DNA of 32,000 bases from Promethearchaeum syntrophicum (lineage in GTDB: Archaea > Asgardarchaeota > Lokiarchaeia > Sigyniarchaeales > Promethearchaeaceae), in assembly GCF_008000775.2 (NCBI RefSeq), contig NZ_CP042905.2, positions 3,930,001 to 3,962,000 on the forward strand, in the 5' to 3' direction. Below, in pieces: positions 7,603 through 17,016 of this stretch. The translations under genes were made by a program, and so were the position numbers. The notes beneath the pieces are model-generated. The model had not been told where the DNA came from and did no database searches. It worked only from the letters and a program-made list of their open reading frames with translations. Every line of letters begins with the position of its first letter. Position 1 is the first letter of the stretch.

Positions 7603-8733
7603 ATGGCACAAATTCCAAATTCTGAACCTCAAGACCAAGGTTCTGTACCAAAGAATAGTTCCAATTCGTCCTACGGCCCATTGAGCTTTAATGAAATTCT
7701 CGGCACTTTTCGCATCAAACTGATTCATATTTATTGGCCCCTATTAGTTTGTATAATCTCAGCCACCTTTCTATCTTGGTTAACTTTTTACATAGCAGGA
7801 ATTGACTATAGGGATGAAGTAGTCCCCTACCCTGATGAATCTAATTTTTGGCAAGTTATTTTAAATGGACTGATTCCGGTATTAATTAGCGCTGCCTTTC
7901 TTGTTATAATTTGGATTCTTGTTAAGAAGTTCGGGCTAGTTGTTTTCAAAATACTAATGGGAACAATTGTAATCCTATATTGCTGGTTCGGTTTTACATT
8001 CTTTTTGCGGGTTATTTATATTGTATTATGGGATTCATTTGTAGGTATTAATTATGGATTCTTTAACGTTCTATTTTATGTTCTATATTACGGATCGATG
8101 GTTTTTTATGTAATCTTAGGGTTTTTCTATTTTAGAAATAGGCTATCCGTAAACCTAAAAAACATGTTAGTTCTTTCCTACGGTATATTTATTGGGGCGA
8201 TTATCGGGGTGTCTTTACCTCTCTGGAGTATATTTTCATTGGCGATCTGCTTTTCGATATACGATTTAATTATAGTGTTCAAAGGACCATTAGGGAAAAT
8301 TTGGCAATTGTTTCAAGATAATCAACAAAAAGCGAGTGAGGATATTAGAAAGAGATTGGAATCTGGAGATCTTTCAGAAGAGGAAGCAGCTAAACTTTCA
8401 GAAAAACATTTTTTAAATAACCAAGAGACTGATGAAGAAGAAGGAGAAGAAGAAGATCTTTCAAAATATATAAAGGATCTTAAAATTGAACTCGGATCAG
8501 GAGATTTAATCTTTTATTCGGCTTTAGTTGCGGTTGTGTTTATTACAACAAATAATTGGCTTACAACATTATTGGTAATAATTGGTGTGTTATTCGGTGC
8601 AGGGGTAACTATATATTTTCTGCTGAAAAAGAAACGTGTTCTTCCCGCGTTACCATTTAGCATGATTATTGGGATTATAATGTTTTTCCTCGGACAATTA
8701 ATTGAGTACTTAATAACTATAGGTGCTATCTAA
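7603..8733 (+). CDS. presenilin / signal-peptide-peptidase family intramembrane aspartyl protease homolog (GxGD type)
   Basis: Multi-pass membrane protein with all three family hallmarks in order: YD (SIYDLIIVF, nt 8260-8265), GxGD (LGSGDLIFYS, nt 8494-8505) and PAL (VLPALPF, nt 8644-8652). Confidence 0.85.
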   Translation: MAQIPNSEPQDQGSVPKNSSNSSYGPLSFNEILGTFRIKLIHIYWPLLVCIISATFLSWLTFYIAGIDYRDEVVPYPDESNFWQVILNGLIPVLISAAFLVIIWILVKKFGLVVFKILMGTIVILYCWFGFTFFLRVIYIVLWDSFVGINYGFFNVLFYVLYYGSMVFYVILGFFYFRNRLSVNLKNMLVLSYGIFIGAIIGVSLPLWSIFSLAICFSIYDLIIVFKGPLGKIWQLFQDNQQKASEDIRKRLESGDLSEEEAAKLSEKHFLNNQETDEEEGEEEDLSKYIKDLKIELGSGDLIFYSALVAVVFITTNNWLTTLLVIIGVLFGAGVTIYFLLKKKRVLPALPFSMIIGIIMFFLGQLIEYLITIGAI

Positions 8734-9373
8734 AAAAAAACAAAAAAAATTAATCTGAATTATCTGAATCTCGGTTTAAATGACCACTGACTGATGGATA
8801 TTCGGTCTTTTTTTCATTATAAACTTATAAATTGATAACACACAACTGATTTAAAGATAGAGCCTACATCCAGTAGGCGAGCCTACTGATTCGGCTATGA
8901 TTTATGAGATATTGATATAGAGGCGGATTCCTTTAGGAATACCGATAAGATTGAGATGATTTGATGGTATTGGTGTAGTGGTTGATTGATAGGAGATATT
9001 TTAGATGAGTATTAAGCAAAAAAGTTCACTATCCGTTAATAAAAAAAAATTTGGTATAATTTAGTGAACAAAACATGTCTAAGGGATAATTGGGTTAATA
9101 TAATGAAAAAGGATTAAAAATATAGTGAAAAATTAATCATAACGACTTCATTCTCGGAAATTCAGCAAGGTAACCCTACAAATCAGCCATTAGATAGAGT
9201 AATCATATTTCTTTCTTTTTCTTTTTTGCTTCATTGGAAAATTTTAACTGAAAACCGCTTCTATTTCTTTCCCAAACTATGCTTTACCAAGATCATGTTT
9301 TTTCAACAAATTCTAAGTAATAATGTAAAATAAATGTCACATTTAAGATATAAATGACGAATTTGTAGAAACA

Positions 9374-9381
9374 TTTATAAA
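9374..9381 (+). promoter_or_regulatory. TATA-like box (TTTATAAA) upstream of the surface-protein gene
   Basis: Lies 38-45 nt upstream of ATG 9419. This spacing would give a short 5' UTR if the TSS is about 25 nt downstream. The genome is AT-rich, so the match could be chance. Confidence 0.3.
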
Positions 9382-9418
9382 CAAAATTAACTCACTTATA
9401 GACGAGAATGATTTTCTC

Positions 9419-12400
9419 ATGACAAAAAATAAAACTAAAAAAATAAATGTCATTTCTCTCATATTTATCATCTTTTTGACAGGTTTTCATAGCAATACGG
9501 GAGGGATGATTCGCCTTGAATCAGAGAATACTGATTCGCAAAATGTCTTGAATACGCCCGAAACGTCATTGTACCCCTATTCCGATATGTATCTTGAACG
9601 AAGTGCAAATTCCATGTGGCATGACGGGGATGAAGGAGGATACGGAGGCACATCTGTTCGTGAGACTTTGAAACTTAATGATTTTTGTTATGTAATGGTT
9701 GGACTTGCGACTAGTGGTCAAATCGGTATATTAGAAATATTTGACTACCCGAATTTTCATGCAGTAATACCCCAGGATCGAGCAACATATGTCACAAGTA
9801 TAAAATTTAGGTTTGGAATAAATACTATTGGAGTTAGTACAATTGAGGGAATAACAGAGGTATACATTCAATCATATGCAGATGATGGAGATCAACTAAC
9901 ATCTTCCCTTATTACTAGCAATTTAGCTATCGGTTTCACACATTTTGAAGTTGAAATAAACGATGTTGCTAGTCTCGCAAAAATTAACGCAGGAGAATAT
10001 ATTAAAAAAATGAGATTCATATTTGAAACCGACTTTAACAAACCAGCGGGTCAAATATTTATGCTTGATTACCTATATCTTGAATATAATTATGAATATT
10101 GTACCCCACCGACTGCGCCGAAATCTTTGAGTGTAACTCCGGGTGATCAACAAATTAGTTTAAATTGGCTTACCCCTGACTCAGATAACGGAGATGCGGT
10201 AAATTATTATAGAATTTATCGGAACATCAATGGTGGTTCTTATTCATTGTTCACAACAACAACTTCCACAAGCTATACAAATATAGGTTTAACCGGAGGC
10301 ACAGAATATGGATATTATATTACTGCCGTCAATGATGCAGGTGCCGGTCCTCGAAGCGATATAAAAACCACAACAGCTAAATCTATTCCGGATAAAGTAC
10401 CCGATTTAACTGCATTCGGGAAAGAATTCACAATTGACCTTGAATGGGGTCACGCGCTTCCAAATGGAGATACAATAACCCAATATAAGATATACCGGAA
10501 AATTGAGGGAGCTCCGAGTTATGACACCCTTGCTACAGTGAATTATCCAAGTTTCACCTATACCGATAATACAGCTGAAATTGCGACAAATTACCAATAT
10601 ATGGTCTCTGCAGTGAACGGTATAGGAGAAGGCCCCCCTTCAGATCCTGTGACCACCTCAACCTCAGCGGACCCCTCTGTTATGTGGAATAGTCCCGATG
10701 ACGGGGACCGAATAACATACAATAATAATACTTTAAGCCAGTTCAATTTTACCTACAATTTCAATATTGTGGATGAAGTGAACCTATATTTCAATGGGGT
10801 GTTAATAGAGGATGTGACTTCTGGGGAGAATGCCACTACTGTGTTCTTTGCTTATAATGATACTTTTGATGGAGATGTGACAGCAACTTTAAAAGGGTTA
10901 TATTTAGGGAGTGAAGTATGTTCGGAGAGTATTTCTTTGTCCTTCTCCAAAATTGAATTAGATGTGGATAATCTTATTACACATGATACAAAATTAATAG
11001 GAGATCAACTATACATGATATTCCATGATCCGAGTGGAGATGGGAGTTTTTCAACTTTCACTGAATCGAGTACGGTGTCAATGGGGGTGGGGATGGAGAT
11101 ATCGGAATTCACCGCAAGGGAAGTAATTGATTTAAGCGTGGATTTTAACTTATTTGGGTTTGAATTTGGAGCCTCAGAAAATGTTTGGGAAACGGTAGAA
11201 AATTCTCAAGGGTATGATTTTAGATATGAAATAACAGAATTGTCTACATTTTCTTCCCATATTGAAAGCGAAAATGCAGATTTTATCGGTCCTGGAAAAG
11301 GAGATATATATTGGGGTGAGGGAATGATTTTGATATATGAAGTCCGGGAGCATATCACCACATTTTTCAACCAAACTGTTGAAGAAATTCCTGAGATCAA
11401 ATATGGAATTAAAAGACTATCCAAAATCATTTGTAATGATGAAAATGCACCTGCTGAATGGCAAGCACAAAATCCCGTCTATAATGATTATACCGATGTT
11501 ATTTGGGTCGAGCCAGGTGTATCTGTCGATGGGGGGACGCCTGTAGCCAACCAATTTAGTGTTTCCTCAACTAAATCAAGATCGTCGAGTACAACAATTG
11601 AACTGGATGAAAATTATGCTTTAAAATTTGGAATAGGGAGTGAGGAAATCAATATTGTAATGACTACTTCTTATTATGCTGAGACAAGTTTAGGGCATAC
11701 AATTGAGACCGCATACACCATTTACGATGATGAACCAACCGATAGAATTGTAATGGATATAGGCATTGACCCACTTTTTGGAACCTATATTTTCCGAACA
11801 AGTGATATTTTTTCACAAACTTCAGAACCTCTTGAAGCAGGGACCTTCGATTATGTTGCGCCGGTCATTGATACACCAATTATAGATTTCGATAGTGATA
11901 AAGATCTACTTTATCCTACAGTAAATGATGCCCCTGAATTAAGTGTGGTAATCAACGATGAGGGAGGGATCCAGACATCAACAATAAACTATACTTCCGA
12001 CGGGGGGGCCACCTACCACTATATCCCATTAACTACTGGAGCAGATAATTATTATTATGGTATATTCCCGTCATGTTTTCGAGATACTATTGTTGAATAT
12101 AAAGTGCAAGCATGGGATCTTGAAGGAAATTCAGCAATATCAGCTGAAGATTCCTATACCATTATTAATTCGCCACCAACTTGTGAGATTCTTTACCCCC
12201 TCGGAAATGAAGAATTAATAACAAATCCTGCAATAGTTTGGACGGGTGAAGATGCCGATGCCGATGAAATATCTTATGACTTGTATTTCAACATAAATAA
12301 TGAAGGATGGTTATTATTGGAGGAAAATCTGACATCAAATACATTTACGTGGGATATTAGCGAATATGAAGAATCAAATGTTATTTTAAAATTGGTTGCT

Positions 12401-12565
12401 ACGGATACAGCGGGTGGCTCGGGAGAATTCATAATGGATACATCATTTGTTATTGGTGAACCTAAACCAGGAGTACCAGGTTATCCAACCGGAATAGTAA
12501 TAGGGTGTATGATATTTGGATTATTAGGTTTGGTTTATCTCAGAAAAAATAATATTCAAAAGTAA
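9419..12565 (+). CDS. 1048-aa cell-surface protein: signal peptide, two fibronectin type III modules, further Ig-like modules, single C-terminal TM anchor
   Basis: N-terminal KKINVISLIFIIFLTGF is signal-like. FN3 module 1 spans about nt 10106-10360 (PKSLSVTPGDQQISLNWLTP...YRIYR...YGYYITAVNDAGAGPRS). FN3 module 2 spans about nt 10388-10645 (IDLEWGHA...YKIYRK...YQYMVSAVNGIGEGPPS). The C-terminus reads PKPGVPGYPTGIVIGCMIFGLLGLVYLRKNNIQK. Confidence 0.85.
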   Translation: MTKNKTKKINVISLIFIIFLTGFHSNTGGMIRLESENTDSQNVLNTPETSLYPYSDMYLERSANSMWHDGDEGGYGGTSVRETLKLNDFCYVMVGLATSGQIGILEIFDYPNFHAVIPQDRATYVTSIKFRFGINTIGVSTIEGITEVYIQSYADDGDQLTSSLITSNLAIGFTHFEVEINDVASLAKINAGEYIKKMRFIFETDFNKPAGQIFMLDYLYLEYNYEYCTPPTAPKSLSVTPGDQQISLNWLTPDSDNGDAVNYYRIYRNINGGSYSLFTTTTSTSYTNIGLTGGTEYGYYITAVNDAGAGPRSDIKTTTAKSIPDKVPDLTAFGKEFTIDLEWGHALPNGDTITQYKIYRKIEGAPSYDTLATVNYPSFTYTDNTAEIATNYQYMVSAVNGIGEGPPSDPVTTSTSADPSVMWNSPDDGDRITYNNNTLSQFNFTYNFNIVDEVNLYFNGVLIEDVTSGENATTVFFAYNDTFDGDVTATLKGLYLGSEVCSESISLSFSKIELDVDNLITHDTKLIGDQLYMIFHDPSGDGSFSTFTESSTVSMGVGMEISEFTAREVIDLSVDFNLFGFEFGASENVWETVENSQGYDFRYEITELSTFSSHIESENADFIGPGKGDIYWGEGMILIYEVREHITTFFNQTVEEIPEIKYGIKRLSKIICNDENAPAEWQAQNPVYNDYTDVIWVEPGVSVDGGTPVANQFSVSSTKSRSSSTTIELDENYALKFGIGSEEINIVMTTSYYAETSLGHTIETAYTIYDDEPTDRIVMDIGIDPLFGTYIFRTSDIFSQTSEPLEAGTFDYVAPVIDTPIIDFDSDKDLLYPTVNDAPELSVVINDEGGIQTSTINYTSDGGATYHYIPLTTGADNYYYGIFPSCFRDTIVEYKVQAWDLEGNSAISAEDSYTIINSPPTCEILYPLGNEELITNPAIVWTGEDADADEISYDLYFNINNEGWLLLEENLTSNTFTWDISEYEESNVILKLVATDTAGGSGEFIMDTSFVIGEPKPGVPGYPTGIVIGCMIFGLLGLVYLRKNNIQK

Positions 12566-12588
12566 AGAGCGGGAAAATAACTAGGAAC

Positions 12589-12598
12589 TTTTTTTTTT
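12589..12598 (+). terminator. oligo-T tract (T10) 24 nt after the surface-protein stop
   Basis: ggaacTTTTTTTTTTaa read directly. Confidence 0.45.
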
Positions 12599-12666
12599 AA
12601 CTTCTTTTCATCAAAATATCATTGAACTTCAATTTTCTTTAAAGTAACTAATTCTTTCTCTAATAT

Positions 12667-14064
12667 TTATTCTTCCTTGGATTGAATATATATTAAGAAT
12701 TGGATGGGATTTAAATCTCGATTCAAATGAAAATCTTTTATCTCCTTTATTTTACCATTAAGTTCAATTTGAAAGATAGAAGTTGTGAACTCTAAGTATT
12801 TTTCAAGATCAGGAATTTCCAAATGATGTGAATTTCTCCAATCCTTGTTATATATTAGCAAAATTTGTTGATTTTTATCAATGCTACATTTTTTTAAAAG
12901 AAGTATACCTGAATCAGGATATTCATATTGAATCATTTCTCCATCTTCATTGAGACATCTATATCTCTGTTTAAATTTATTGACGGATAGAATAAAATCT
13001 GAAATATCGAATCTTGGTTCTTCATAATCTTCGGGTGTTGAGTTAACAACATTTATTCTGGTTTTAAACCCAAATTCATACCCAATTGGCATTTCTACCC
13101 CTGCAGAAAAAAACGAAGCAAAGAAATATTTGAATTCTTGAATATCTTCCCTACCATCGGTATCAAAAGCGACTCTTATTGTATCATGATTCTCAGGAAA
13201 ACTTATAGAGGGTGCGAATTTTCGGTATTTATTATATTGTTCCAGACACCAAGGTGCAGTATAATCCCACCATTTAGAACTACAGGCAATATAATCAAAA
13301 TCTGCCTCTGAAAGCTCATCGTATTGCTCTAAAGTTGCACCAAGTGTTTCTGCATAAAAAATTGCATTTGAATTTTTATTTTTTACATAAGAGAGTAAAT
13401 TTTTCCATATAGTACTAGGAACTTGATAAGCCGCATCAACCCGAAATCCATCAATACCAAGGAGATCATAGAAATCAAATAATTTTTTCCAATAAGCTAA
13501 GATTGAATCAACATCCGGAGAATCATAATCAATTTCCGCTAAATCTCCCCATATTTGAATATCATTGGCATTCTCCGGATTAATTGCGTAAGGATTAGCA
13601 ATCTGCCATTTGATCTCATACTCTTCAGTAGGGTATTCTTTTTTTGAAGGTTTTTCCGCTCGTTCAAAGAATTTAATCTTATTTCCAGATGATTTTTCAA
13701 TTATAACCCATTTTTTCTTAAACCAACTTGGATGCTCAGAAATTAATGGAGAATCGATTGCAGTGTGGTTAAAAACTATATCTATCATAAATTTTAGACC
13801 ATTTGCATGAATCTTTGTTATAAAAGTTTTTAACGATCCCCAACTGATTTCATCTTTTTTATTAAGAGCAAACATGGGATTTAATCGAAAGTAATTTTTA
13901 ATCGAATAAAGTGAGCCCGAAAACCCAGTATAATTGACGGGATTAACGAAAATCCAATTAAATCCCATCTTTATAATTCTTTTCAAATGTAAGTCCCAAT
14001 TATCTATGGACCCTAACAAACGAGGAAACAGGTTATAAATTCGAGGGGATGTTTTATTTTTCAT
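12667..14064 (-). CDS. GH13 (alpha-amylase superfamily) glycoside hydrolase/transferase, possibly GlgE-like
   Basis: The four GH13 conserved regions appear in order: DIVFNHTA (I), GFRVDAAYQV (II, nucleophile Asp), FYAETLG (III, Glu) and FPENHDT (IV). The N-terminal YNLFPR...GFNWIFVNPV...GSLYSIKNYFRLNP is reminiscent of GlgE-type enzymes; that subfamily call has low confidence. Confidence 0.85.
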   Translation of the reverse strand: MKNKTSPRIYNLFPRLLGSIDNWDLHLKRIIKMGFNWIFVNPVNYTGFSGSLYSIKNYFRLNPMFALNKKDEISWGSLKTFITKIHANGLKFMIDIVFNHTAIDSPLISEHPSWFKKKWVIIEKSSGNKIKFFERAEKPSKKEYPTEEYEIKWQIANPYAINPENANDIQIWGDLAEIDYDSPDVDSILAYWKKLFDFYDLLGIDGFRVDAAYQVPSTIWKNLLSYVKNKNSNAIFYAETLGATLEQYDELSEADFDYIACSSKWWDYTAPWCLEQYNKYRKFAPSISFPENHDTIRVAFDTDGREDIQEFKYFFASFFSAGVEMPIGYEFGFKTRINVVNSTPEDYEEPRFDISDFILSVNKFKQRYRCLNEDGEMIQYEYPDSGILLLKKCSIDKNQQILLIYNKDWRNSHHLEIPDLEKYLEFTTSIFQIELNGKIKEIKDFHLNRDLNPIQFLIYIQSKEE

Positions 14065-14070
14065 TTTTAA

Positions 14071-14532
14071 TCAATTCGATTTTAAATAATCTTTTATCGC
14101 TAAATGCAATGTCGTTACTGCTAATGTAGCACAATGATAATTATCCTTAGGGAATTTGCCCAAAGCATCTAAAACTTGCTTATCGGTGAGTTCAAGCGCT
14201 TCTGTTATTGATTTTTTATCTGCCATTTTTGCACATTGCGATGCAGCGATACTTGATGTCGTACATCCATCAGTTTCATAAGAAATCTCTGAAATTATAC
14301 CATCTTCGATATTTAAATAATATGTGATTGAATCTCCACAAGAACCTCGCCAATTTCTCTGAACTGAAATTTTATTCGGGGGTAATTTCCCATATTTATA
14401 AGGATTATCCACAAATTCTAGAGCAATATCTGAGAAATCTTCGTGTACCTTATTATCGATAACATTTTGTAAATCTTTAACAAAATCATCAAATTCTGTA
14501 ACGTCCTTCTCATTTTTTTCTTTATTTTTCAT
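14071..14532 (-). CDS. IscU/NifU N-terminal-domain-like Fe-S cluster scaffold protein
   Basis: Three conserved Cys contexts are present: GSCGDSI, DGCTTSSIAAS and YHCATLAVTTL. The ORF track extends to the ATG at 14625, but those 31 extra codons are hydrophobic, AT-rich and overlap the divergent gene. ATG 14532 (MKNKEKNEKD) is the likelier start. Confidence 0.8.
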   Translation of the reverse strand: MKNKEKNEKDVTEFDDFVKDLQNVIDNKVHEDFSDIALEFVDNPYKYGKLPPNKISVQRNWRGSCGDSITYYLNIEDGIISEISYETDGCTTSSIAASQCAKMADKKSITEALELTDKQVLDALGKFPKDNYHCATLAVTTLHLAIKDYLKSN

Positions 14533-14619
14533 CTGGAATTCTCTTGTTAAATTAATTAAACAAAAAATATAAGCAAAGTGAAAATAGTTAATAATAAATC
14601 CACTTCTTAGGTATTTAAG

Positions 14620-15810
14620 ATGCATCTAACCAAATATTTAATATCGTTCATTAAAAAATACAAAATTCGGTATATTGCTTGTATTATCGGATTTAGTATG
14701 GCTCTAGGTGCTATTTTTGCAACAACCAGCTATTCTGAGATGTTAAATTCATCCATGAATCGCCTCTATTTTGTTAAGGATGATAATTTCATGATTCTAA
14801 GTAAAGGAACTTCTATAATTCAGATTATTCCTTATGATTCTAAAGTAACCGAAAATGTTTCGCATACACTGGATGAAATTCCAGGAGTAAATTTTGCGTT
14901 TCCCTTAATATTCAAAAATTTTGGGAATGAAACCCAAATTAATTATTTTAAAACTACAATTTTAGGGATTAAATTCACATTTCTTATAGATTATTATTTG
15001 AAGGATGTTGAATTAAAAGAAGGAAAATGGCCAGAAGAAGGAAAAAATGAAACGATTATAGGTCCTGATGCAGGAGGAGGTACATTAAATGTTAATGATT
15101 CAATAACTATACTAAATAAACAATATAAAATTACTGGGATTCTTGAATCAGATTCAGTTTTCTTGGATAGATTTGTTTATGTTGAATATGAGGATATACA
15201 AGAACTGTATGGCATGGATGGTTTCTGTTCTGTATATTATGTTATTGGAGACGCTCAGATATTTAGTGATTCAAATCAATTCAATTTAGTTAAAGCAGAA
15301 ATTGAAACTGAACATCCTTATGTAGAAGTTATTGGTTCTGAATTGTTAGATGAAGCAGCAGGCAATATTTTCAAAGTTTTTGATGCACTTCAAGTAATAT
15401 TAGCAATTTTTCCCTTAGCAATCAGCGTTATTTTTATTTTTATCCTTATGATGTTAAATGTAAAAGATCAAATGAGAGAATTTGGAATGCTTCAAGCGAT
15501 AGGAATGTCTTCATCTCGAATAGGTTTAATTATTTTTCTACAGACGCTACTAATTACTATTCTAGGATATATTCTATCTATATTTACAGGATTAATGTTT
15601 TTATCATACTCGTTTTATCTAATGGACGAGTATACTACAAGATCAACAAATGGGTGGAATTATGCTCTGAGTATGAAAAATAAGATTCCGAGTTATTTAT
15701 ATTTGCAGATTTTTATTGGAGCAATTTTAATCGGAATTTTAGTTGCAATTTATCCATCAATAAAAGCTACCCGAGTAAGCATAGTTAAAAGTTTTAGAAA
15801 AGAAGAATAA
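14620..15810 (+). CDS. ABC transporter permease, FtsX/MacB-type (4 TM with an extracytoplasmic domain between TM1 and TM2), paralog A
   Basis: The N-terminal TM is YIACIIGFSMALGAIFATT, followed by about 200 aa of hydrophilic domain. The C-terminal FtsX-like block is LMMLNVKDQMREFGMLQAIGMSSSRIGLIIFLQTLLITILG...AIYPSIKATRVSIVKSFR. Confidence 0.8.
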   Translation: MHLTKYLISFIKKYKIRYIACIIGFSMALGAIFATTSYSEMLNSSMNRLYFVKDDNFMILSKGTSIIQIIPYDSKVTENVSHTLDEIPGVNFAFPLIFKNFGNETQINYFKTTILGIKFTFLIDYYLKDVELKEGKWPEEGKNETIIGPDAGGGTLNVNDSITILNKQYKITGILESDSVFLDRFVYVEYEDIQELYGMDGFCSVYYVIGDAQIFSDSNQFNLVKAEIETEHPYVEVIGSELLDEAAGNIFKVFDALQVILAIFPLAISVIFIFILMMLNVKDQMREFGMLQAIGMSSSRIGLIIFLQTLLITILGYILSIFTGLMFLSYSFYLMDEYTTRSTNGWNYALSMKNKIPSYLYLQIFIGAILIGILVAIYPSIKATRVSIVKSFRKEE

Positions 15811-15835
15811 TGATTTTAAAATAAGAAAAAAAGAA

Positions 15836-16996
15836 ATGGGCTTAAGAAGAATGAAATTACAATCATATATTATCAATAATCTGACCAATAAAAAAGGTCG
15901 AACAATATTGATGGTTTTGGGTATAATTTTTGCTTGCTCGGGAATGATTGTGATTAATTTGATGACCGAAAAATATTCCAGGATTTCAACGGCATTCTTT
16001 ACTCCATTTAATGATTATGATCAAATAGTAGAGCGTGGAACGGATTATATCCAGCTTCTCCCGATTAGTTCTTCCATAGATCAAAATAAACAGATTGAAA
16101 TCGAGGAAAAACTTGAAGTCGAAAGTATCCCAAGTCTTTTAATTTCAAACATAATTGAAATAACATCGTTTAAAACTATGGGTTTAAACCTCGAAGATAT
16201 GCCAATTTTATTAAATAAAATGCAATTAAATTCTGGATTTTGGCCAAATAATTCCAAACAAATTATAGTAGGTGACTATTGGGGAAAATATGGAAATTTA
16301 ACACTTTACAATGAGACATTTCAAATTGTAGGTTCAATAGCCCCCTCTTATACCTTTTTGGACCAAATGATCTATATGGACCTAAATGAATTACAGATTT
16401 TAACGGGTCTTTCTAATCAGGTATCGGTTATTTTTATTCCAAATGAAATAGAGGAGCAAAACAACTTAATAGAAGAATTTGAATTGGAATTTCCTCAACT
16501 AGATCTCCTTACAGTGAAAGAAATGGATAATATCAAAGGAGGATTATCTAGTTACATAAATAATATAAGTATTGTATTATCCAGTTTTTCAACAATATCA
16601 GCGTTAATATTTATTTTTTCTATAGAAACGATAAATATATACAGTAAAAAGAAAGATTTTGATATAATGGTTATTCTCGGTACTCCAAAAAAAAAAATTC
16701 TTGGATTATTAATTAATGAATCCATTTTTTTAAGTACTATTGGATTAATTTTAGGTTTACCGTTTTCAATACTTAGTTTTTCTTTGATATGGTCCAAAAT
16801 GTTACAATCTGTAGGTAGAAGTAGTTTCAATTTAATATTTGTTAGAGAATTTCGAATTTTAATTAATACTTTGCCATTAAAAATGCTTTTATCAACATCA
16901 CTTTTTATTATTCTATTTGGATTGGCTTTTACAATCATTCCCGCTCTGCTTGCTTTAAAAAAATATAACCTTGGAGATATTAAACAGAAATTTTAA
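15836..16996 (+). CDS. ABC transporter permease, FtsX/MacB-type, paralog B
   Basis: Same architecture as paralog A (RTILMVLGIIFACSGMIVINL ... KKKDFDIMVILGTPKKKILGLLINESIFLSTIGLILG ... IIPALLALKKYNLGDI). It starts 25 nt after the previous gene. Confidence 0.8.
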   Translation: MGLRRMKLQSYIINNLTNKKGRTILMVLGIIFACSGMIVINLMTEKYSRISTAFFTPFNDYDQIVERGTDYIQLLPISSSIDQNKQIEIEEKLEVESIPSLLISNIIEITSFKTMGLNLEDMPILLNKMQLNSGFWPNNSKQIIVGDYWGKYGNLTLYNETFQIVGSIAPSYTFLDQMIYMDLNELQILTGLSNQVSVIFIPNEIEEQNNLIEEFELEFPQLDLLTVKEMDNIKGGLSSYINNISIVLSSFSTISALIFIFSIETINIYSKKKDFDIMVILGTPKKKILGLLINESIFLSTIGLILGLPFSILSFSLIWSKMLQSVGRSSFNLIFVREFRILINTLPLKMLLSTSLFIILFGLAFTIIPALLALKKYNLGDIKQKF

Positions 16997-17016
16997 AATT
17001 TAAATAGTGATATATC

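Noticed and set aside
7531-7728. 65-aa minus-strand ORF overlapping the presenilin start region
   Set aside because: It overlaps the N-terminus of a motif-supported gene and its promoter region, and I found no supporting features.
8971-8990. tRNA-like D-arm-looking string TGGTGTAGTGGTTGATTGAT
   Set aside because: No acceptor stem, anticodon stem or T-loop (GTTCRANNC) can be built from the flanking sequence, so it is not a tRNA.
8944-8996. Possible C/D-box sRNA (AGATGAT, TTGATGG, TTGA strings)
   Set aside because: The boxes deviate from RUGAUGA/CUGA at key positions. The spacing and terminal stem expected for C/D sRNAs are not present.
9468-11546. Five short ORFs (9468..9653, 10406..10597, 11174..11374, 11206..11430 on the minus strand; 11337..11546 on the plus strand) inside the FN3 surface-protein gene
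   Set aside because: All are nested in, or antisense to, a 1048-aa ORF with clear FN3 modules. They are typical shadow ORFs.
13610-13810. 66-aa plus-strand ORF inside the GH13 gene
   Set aside because: It is antisense to a gene carrying all four GH13 conserved regions.
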